A stretch of 64,000 nt of DNA, from the NCBI GenBank assembly GCA_951406725.2, contig OX597821.1:108438001-108502000 (forward strand), read 5' to 3'. Positions 51,517 to 64,000 of this stretch are shown here, piece by piece. This DNA comes from Octopus vulgaris. Its lineage: Eukaryota. The notes beneath the pieces were generated by a model. The model ran no database searches. It was not told the origin of the DNA and saw only the letters and a list, made by a program, of their open reading frames with translations. The position numbers were made by a program, and so were the translations under genes. Positions within the stretch are counted from its first letter, which is position 1, and every line of letters starts with the position of its first letter.

Positions 51517-51817
51517 GTAATCATTTTTATTTCGTATATTTACATTTGTCTTGCTTATTTTTAATGCTTTGGTTTTGTGCTGAGTTTTTATTTGAGAACA
51601 TATTCTTTGTGGAAAATAGCGATTTGACGTCTATATCTAGCATGTTGACGGTCCACTTTTAGTGGTCAGTCCTTTAAATTTTGTATGTAAAAATATTTTA
51701 ATCTTCAGATGTTTTAATATGCTGGGCCTCTGGTTTTAATTGATTAATATCAATTTCTACCCTTATTAAATTTTAAATTATATATATATATGTCTATATG
51801 TCTATATATATATATAT

Positions 51818-51952
<135 letters not shown>

Positions 51953-52385
51953 TTTCTCACTTTACTACATTCTTCTTTGAAGATCGGCGAATGCATTTCA
52001 TCGAATACCCACTTCTTCCTTGGGAAATCTTCTGCAAAATAACAAAACGTCCATGTTGAAGTTATCCTATTGTATAGCTGGATAGATATACAGTAGGATG
52101 GTGTGTAAGAAAGCACATGAGAAAAGGAACACACAGGGAGAATACTAAAACTTATCTGACAAAGTGCAATCTGTTGCAAATGTTAGGATTAGGTTTCCGT
52201 TCACACGATATCAGAGATATAATAATTTATTTGATGCCTGAATAAATATTCCTTTTTCCTCTTGTGTTCTCTCTTCTTCACACATTCTCCATTCTCTTTT
52301 TTTACTGTGTTGTATATAGTTTGCCTCCCTATATTACCCTCTATTTTTTTTCTCCTTTTTTTTTTTTTTATACACTTTTTTCTCT

Positions 52386-52420
<35 letters not shown>

Positions 52421-53764
52421 CTTTTACTTTTTATTATTATATATTATTATCTCTTATTATTTTTTCTTTGTACTTGTCTATATATATATATTTATATATT
52501 TCTCTCTACCTTTTTTTAGCGTCTTTTTCTTAGATTCACTTTTTTTCTTTTTTTTTTTATTTTCTTCTCTCTCTCTTTTCTTCTCTCTCTCTCTCTCAAT
52601 ATATGATAACGAATTTAACAAGTTTTGTGAATTATCGGATGATTAAATGGTTGTTTTCTTTCCCTAGGTAATCTTGTGAATATAAGGATTTTAGGAAATA
52701 TCTATCCTCCTGAGACATGAGAAAAAAAAGATGGCAAGGACCTGAACTCAACTGCTTTTTTGTTTGAAGAATTCGAGGGCCTTTCAGAGTTGCAGTGCCT
52801 CAGCAAGGACTTGATGTGCGCGGGTTCTTATGTTAGAATTTGTGTTTGTGTGCTTGTGTGTGTTTCTATGTACGTGGCTGTGTGTAAGTGTGTTGTTGTT
52901 GTTTTTCTTTCTTTATTTTTTTTTTTTTGGTTTTTTTTTTTTTTTTTTTTTGTTCTTTCTGGGGAGTGTGTGTGTGTGTCGGTATCCCAGAAATTAATAA
53001 TATGTGTATTTGGGAGTTTTTGTTTTTCTAGATAACAGAAAGGTTACCTTCTTACTTTATATGATCAACTTATGTTTTTCCACACCAGTCTTGGAATTCT
53101 TACAAAACTAACAACTGAAGAAACTGTCCCGCTTTCCCTGACAGAAAAAAAAAATTCAGGAAGTATTCGAACTTGTTACAGCCATGTAACTATGACACTT
53201 AGATTGTGAGTAATTCACTGGGAAACAATGAAAAAGGAAATTCAAAAACTGAGAAATCTCAATGCATTCACAAGTTTAATTTTGTCACAAATATTACGAA
53301 ATGAAAATTTGTTTGTGTCAGGAAAAATAAAATGAAACAATCTCGTTAAAATGGCGGTATTCAGGTGCTAGAATATTTAACTGTAACATTTTAGAACGAA
53401 AAAAAACACATTTACACACATACGTACTTGTATAAGTACAGAGAGAAAGAAAGAGACTGAGAGACAGAGAGACACAGAAAGAGGTATTTGTTGTGTTATA
53501 GTAGCTATATCTATATAAAACAGAATATGTGTGAGATTTTTTTAAAAATGTATAGAAATATATTTATATAATATTTATTTCTGGAGTATTATTGTGTATA
53601 AGTGTATGAATGTGCTTGTGCATATGCACATGTACATACATAAATACATTCACACATATATACATACACACACACACACACACATACACACACACACACA
53701 CATATATATATATACATACATATATATCAAGAAATACATCCATAAGTGTGAATTTGTGTACGTG

Positions 53765-53846
<82 letters not shown>

Positions 53847-54049
53847 CATGTGTGTGTATGTGAGCATGCGCATAGGCGTACATAAAGAGACGCGTGCTGG
53901 GGAGACAGATTATAGGAAAATTACAAAGAAACAATCTAAAGAATTCATAAACAAACAAACAAAAGAAAATCGCAAAAAAACAAAACAAAACAAAATAAAA
54001 ACAAGCAGAGAAATCCCTATCGGTGAAGTTCAATGAATTGATTACGATT

Positions 54050-58930
<4,881 letters not shown>

Positions 58931-58958
58931 ATATATATTTATGTGTTTAAATACATGC

Positions 58959-59005
<47 letters not shown>

Positions 59006-59113
59006 TATACACATATATATATACACATATATATATATATATACACATATATACATGAATATATATATATATGTGCATATATGTATATATAGGTATATAT
59101 GCATATATATACA

Positions 59114-59147
<34 letters not shown>

Positions 59148-59947
59148 TGTATATATATGCATATATACCTATATATACATATATGCACATATATATACAT
59201 ATTCATGTATATATGTGTATATATATATATACATATATACACACACATATTCATATATACATATATATGTATATATATCTATATATATATATACATATAT
59301 AAATATACGCAAATGTGTCTCTATGTGTGTGTTTGCTTGAGAGTATATATATGAATTTATACCGTTTAATACACATACACACGACCACTAACACATACAC
59401 ATAGATTAATACATACATACATACATACATATATACATACGCACATTCATACACAGATACGCGCATGCATTCATACACAAATGCATGCATGCAATGCAAT
59501 GCTGCTTCAAAGAGGATGCGAACTGCCAGAGGGTACGGTTGATCCGGTGCCACATATCACATAATGGATAGCAAGCTTCGTGTATAGAACCGCGTACATT
59601 TCTAAGCAGCATGGAGCACGCCTCAAGCCATCCAGAACAATGAAACATATAAACGTTTGGCAGGAGCTGCTCTGTTGAAATCAGTTCCTGGAGATTTTTG
59701 ATTAGCTCTGACCTCTGAAATTATACAACCTATTTGGGAATATAACTTGGAGCGTTGCCCAAACTACCATTTTTCAATTCCATCAATTTGTGGATGTCTT
59801 AATGTTAAAGCAGAATTCCATGATTCCTTGATTATGGTAAAAGAGAAACAGAAAGAAAAGAATAGTATTTGAGGAAATATAAAAAAATAATACGAGAGAA
59901 GGGAAGAAAAAAAAACTATGAATGAAATATATGTCTTTACCTATATA

Positions 59948-60041
<94 letters not shown>

Positions 60042-60218
60042 TATATATATATACAAATATATATATATATGAATACACACGCACAGATATATATGTTATG
60101 TATATATGTATATGTATTTATACATATGTTGTATATATATATATATGTGTGTATGGTATGTATGTGTATGGTATAGATGGTATAGAGGCAAACCCTCACA
60201 CTCAGATATGAATATCTA

Positions 60219-60291
<73 letters not shown>

Positions 60292-60701
60292 ATATATTCA
60301 AAGGAAAAAATAATAATATCGATTGACAGAATTCACCGAGAGTTGCATTACTTACGATGTGAAGTATGGAAATGGAAACAAACAAAAAAAAAATGGAAAA
60401 TGAAAGATAAAGAAAAGAGAAGTTAAGGTCTACGAACTTATAATAAAGTGAATAGGGAGCGAAAACATAGAGACACACAAAAAAATGAATTGCATGACGA
60501 GAGAAAGAGAGAGAGAGAGGGGGGTTGTGTGTGTGTAGGACAGACAGAGTGTAGGAGGGAGAGAAAGAAAGAGAGGGAGATAAAGAAGAAGAAGGAAGAA
60601 CGAGATGATGATGGGGAAGAAGAAGAAGAAGAAGAAGAAGAAGAAGAAGAAGAAGAAGAAGAAGAAGAAGGACAACAACAACAGCAAGAACAGCAACAAC
60701 A

Positions 60702-61062
60702 GTGGAGGCGCAATGGCCCAGTGGTTAGGGCAGCGGACTCGCGGTCTGAGGATCGCGGTTTCGATCCCAAGACCGAGCGTTGTGTGTGTTTATTGAGCGA
60801 AAACACCTAAAGCTCCACGAGGCTCCGGCAGGGGGGTGGGTGGCGACTCCTGTTGTACTCTTTTGCTCCAACTTTCTCTCACTCTTTCTTCCTGTTTCTT
60901 GTCCCCGACTTCCTACGCAACCGCTGAGCCTGGATGCGCATTCATCCATCCGTCGATGCTCTCGGTGTCGGGGGTTGACCTGCTTTCTCTTCTGCGGGTC
61001 TAACGAATAGCAAAGAACCACGTTTCGGACTTCTCCCACTGGGACGAAAACCACTTCGCTCA
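60702..61062 (+). mobile_element. tRNA-derived SINE, family C head with a different 3' body
   Basis: TGGCCCAGTGGTTAGGGCAGCGGACTCGCGG...GGTTTCGATCCC; shares about 180 bp with 11041 then diverges. Confidence 0.8.
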
Positions 61063-61713
61063 ACAAACAAAGAAACAAACAAACAAAACAGCAACAGCAA
61101 CCACAACGACAACAAGAAAGAGAAGAAGGAAGAGGAGGCGGAGGAGGAGGATTGAGATTGAGATTGAGAAAAGTATAAGGAACTGATTTTCGCCTGGACA
61201 GTTAATGATATATGCGCCCGCGCACACACACACACTCCCCTTGACGTACGATGTAACCGTTCCACCACACGTACGGAGAAATACACACACGTTTCACCTC
61301 TTTCACAGATTTTTTTTTCCTTTTTGTAGATATGCATGCCTGTGGTTTTGTGCAGATATGCGTACCACATGCCGTTCGAGGAGTTCAGTACCATTGCGAG
61401 ACACATTGAAAGTGTCTTTTGCTAGACTCTCAGGCCAATCAATGCCTTAATGAATCGATTTGGTAGATGCTAACTGAAAAATATGTGTGTGTGTGTGTGT
61501 GTGTATAAACATATATATATGTGTATATATAATAATATATATGATATATAAATATATGCACATATACATATATGTATACTTACATCTACATGTATATATA
61601 CATATAGATGTAGGTATGTAGATATATGTTTGTATATATGCATATATTTATATATTATATATATTATTATATGATCGAACGCCACGCAACCATTTCCAAA
61701 TATGTATATATAT

Positions 61714-63356
61714 GTCCCTCTGACAAACCTCTGGAGAAATTCGTTAGACGCAGGTTATATACCGAAACAGTTTCTATCCCAGTCGGTCATCCCAGTTCTC
61801 AAACAGGGAAACAGATCCCTCGCAGTCAACTATCGCCCAGTCTCACTCACCTCCCACATCATTAAAGTGTTTGAAAGAGTGTTAAGATCAAGGATAGCTG
61901 ACTTCCTGGAGACCCACAAACTCCTAAATGCAAATCAGCATGGTTTTCGCTATGGCAGGGACTGTCTAACACAGCTCTTACAACACATTGAATATGTACT
62001 CGAAGCCTTGGGAACAGGTTCGAACTCTGATGTCATATATCTTGACTTCAGTAAAGCGTTCGACAGGGTAGACCATAATATCCTACTCTCAAAATTGGCA
62101 AATGTTGGAATCCGCGGAAAAGTTCTACACTGGATCAAGTATTTCCTGGCGAATAGAACACAACATGTTGTAGTTGATGGAGTCCAGCAAAAGTCACCAG
62201 CGGTGTCCCCCAGGGGACTGTCTTGGGTCTGCTACTCTTCATAATCTACATAAACGACCTTTCCAGTGTCGTACATTACTGCAAAGTGAAAATATGTGCT
62301 GATGACACTAAGCTCCAGCAAATCTTCAATAAAAAGCAGACCGAACTCAACTCCAGTCTGATCTATATGCTGTGAGTCAATGGGCAGACAGAAACAAAAT
62401 GCAACTGAATGAGGGAAAATTTGAGCTGATGCATTTTGGAAGAAATTCCTCACTAAAACAACCATACTCTCTTCCTTCAGGGGAACCGCTCACAGCCTCT
62501 AACAATATCAGAGACCTGGGTGTAATTGTTGATGACGATCTCAGTTGGAGTGCACACATCAACAAGAAGGTCGATATAGCTCGTAGGATGAGTTCCTGGA
62601 TCTTAAGAACTTTCCGGTCCAGAGAACAAGGTGTCATCATACCACTTTTTTCCTCCCTTGTACGGCCACACCTTGAATACTGTTGCCCACTGTGGTCTCC
62701 CCATACAAGACAAAACATCTCCAGAATTGAGTCACCCCAGAGGGCACTCACTAAACGAATTGAAGGCATGGCTGCCCTCGATTATTGGGATCGCCTTAAA
62801 GCCTTGAAACTTTACTCCCTCCAGCGTCGCCGTGAGCGGTACATCATTTGTACGATGTGGAGAATATACCTCCAACTTTGCCCAAACGACCTTAACATTA
62901 GCTTCAAGGTTCATCCAAGACTGGGACACGGGCCATACGTCCCCTGCCCAATTCAAGATCACAACATATATGTACACTGCAACATAATTTCTTTTCCTTA
63001 ACAGGCCCTGCCCTATTTAACATTGTCCCGAGGGAGATCAAAGAGGAAAAGGATCCCATCAACTTTAAACGGAGTCTGGATAGATTCCTTCAAAGAATAC
63101 CAGATAAGCCACCCATAATTGGATACAACTAACCCAACAAAAACTCACTACTTGAACAAAACTTGATACAACTCACCCAACAAAACTCACTACTTGAACA
63201 AAACTTGATACAACTCACCCAACAAGAACTCACTACTTGAACAAAACTTGACTTAAACAGGATTCGAATAATCCTATCAGGTGGTGCTATTAAGCTAGAC
63301 ATGGCCTGGACCAATCTTTGGTCGAAACATATCTAAGTTTAAGTTTATCTAAGTTT
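61714..63356 (+). mobile_element. Second, frameshifted copy of the CR1/Jockey-superfamily LINE (5'-truncated), in TA repeats
   Basis: ORFs 61702..62244 and 62372..63001 match the 12671..14530 protein; about 10-bp deletion near 62187, FADD changed to CADD, further indels; same tail. Confidence 0.92.
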
Positions 63357-63364
63357 ATATATAC

Positions 63365-63395
<31 letters not shown>

Positions 63396-63748
63396 TATAC
63401 ATATACATACGTACATACATACATACATACATACATATGTGTGTGTGTGTTTGGATAAACAAAAGAAGACTATACAACACATATATTGGGAGTTACAAGT
63501 ATGGATCGAAAGAGTTTGATTCAAATTCCTTGGTACTCCGAGTTTCAAAACATGATGCTAATCCACAACCATTGAAAACTTGAATGAATGTAAATATATA
63601 TACATATTTTTATTTCACGTACTCAATATACGTTATATATTGATCTGTTTAACTTGTTTTTTCCTACATTTACTGATATATATATATTTTGATTTTTGAT
63701 TTGATTTTCAGCCAGTTTCAGCTTATGAGCTGTGGCCATGCTGGGGCA

Positions 63749-63798
<50 letters not shown>

Positions 63799-64000
63799 TT
63801 TGCAAGGAGCCATAAAAGCGTCGATCTGTGAATTCGATTCCGCCTGAGGTTAATTCATCATTTTTCAGTCATTTGTTTATATTTAAAAGTTTTAGCTTCA
63901 ATTCGGAGAATAACTATCACTATAATATTTGTTATATAAAGTTACACACACACACACAAACATAAAGGAAATTATCATTTAAATTGCTGCCGTAAGCATA

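Overview
Repeat-saturated, AT-rich animal genomic DNA with no recognisable host protein-coding gene. The SINE types and extreme microsatellite density suggest an octopus (coleoid cephalopod); this is an inference, not a database result. Nearly all ORFs in the track are microsatellite translations. Real coding remnants are all transposon-derived: a Tx1/L1-type LINE 3' end (1-1280, second 3' fragment at 31131-31395), two CR1/Jockey-superfamily RT LINE copies (12559-14556 minus; 61714-63356 plus), a fold-back mariner, a Penelope GIY-YIG fragment and an RTE fragment. There is also a non-autonomous Helitron and four tRNA-derived SINE families. Two non-coding signals stand out. (1) About 15 hammerhead-ribozyme (HHR) motifs read by eye on both strands: two have a canonical core and intact helices (51452-51516 plus, 28086-28143 minus), others carry family-specific core variants (U3:A8, U4C, A6U), and one sits in the tail of a tRNA-headed SINE. 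(2) A 6.5-kb array of 77 x 85-bp units (35545-42076) whose minus-strand unit reads as a near-complete hammerhead fold with an altered core, i.e. possibly a ribozyme-derived satellite. A'B'-type duplications at 54-59 kb look like an assembly artefact. Coordinates of degenerate repeats are approximate (about +/-10 bp); folds were not computed.
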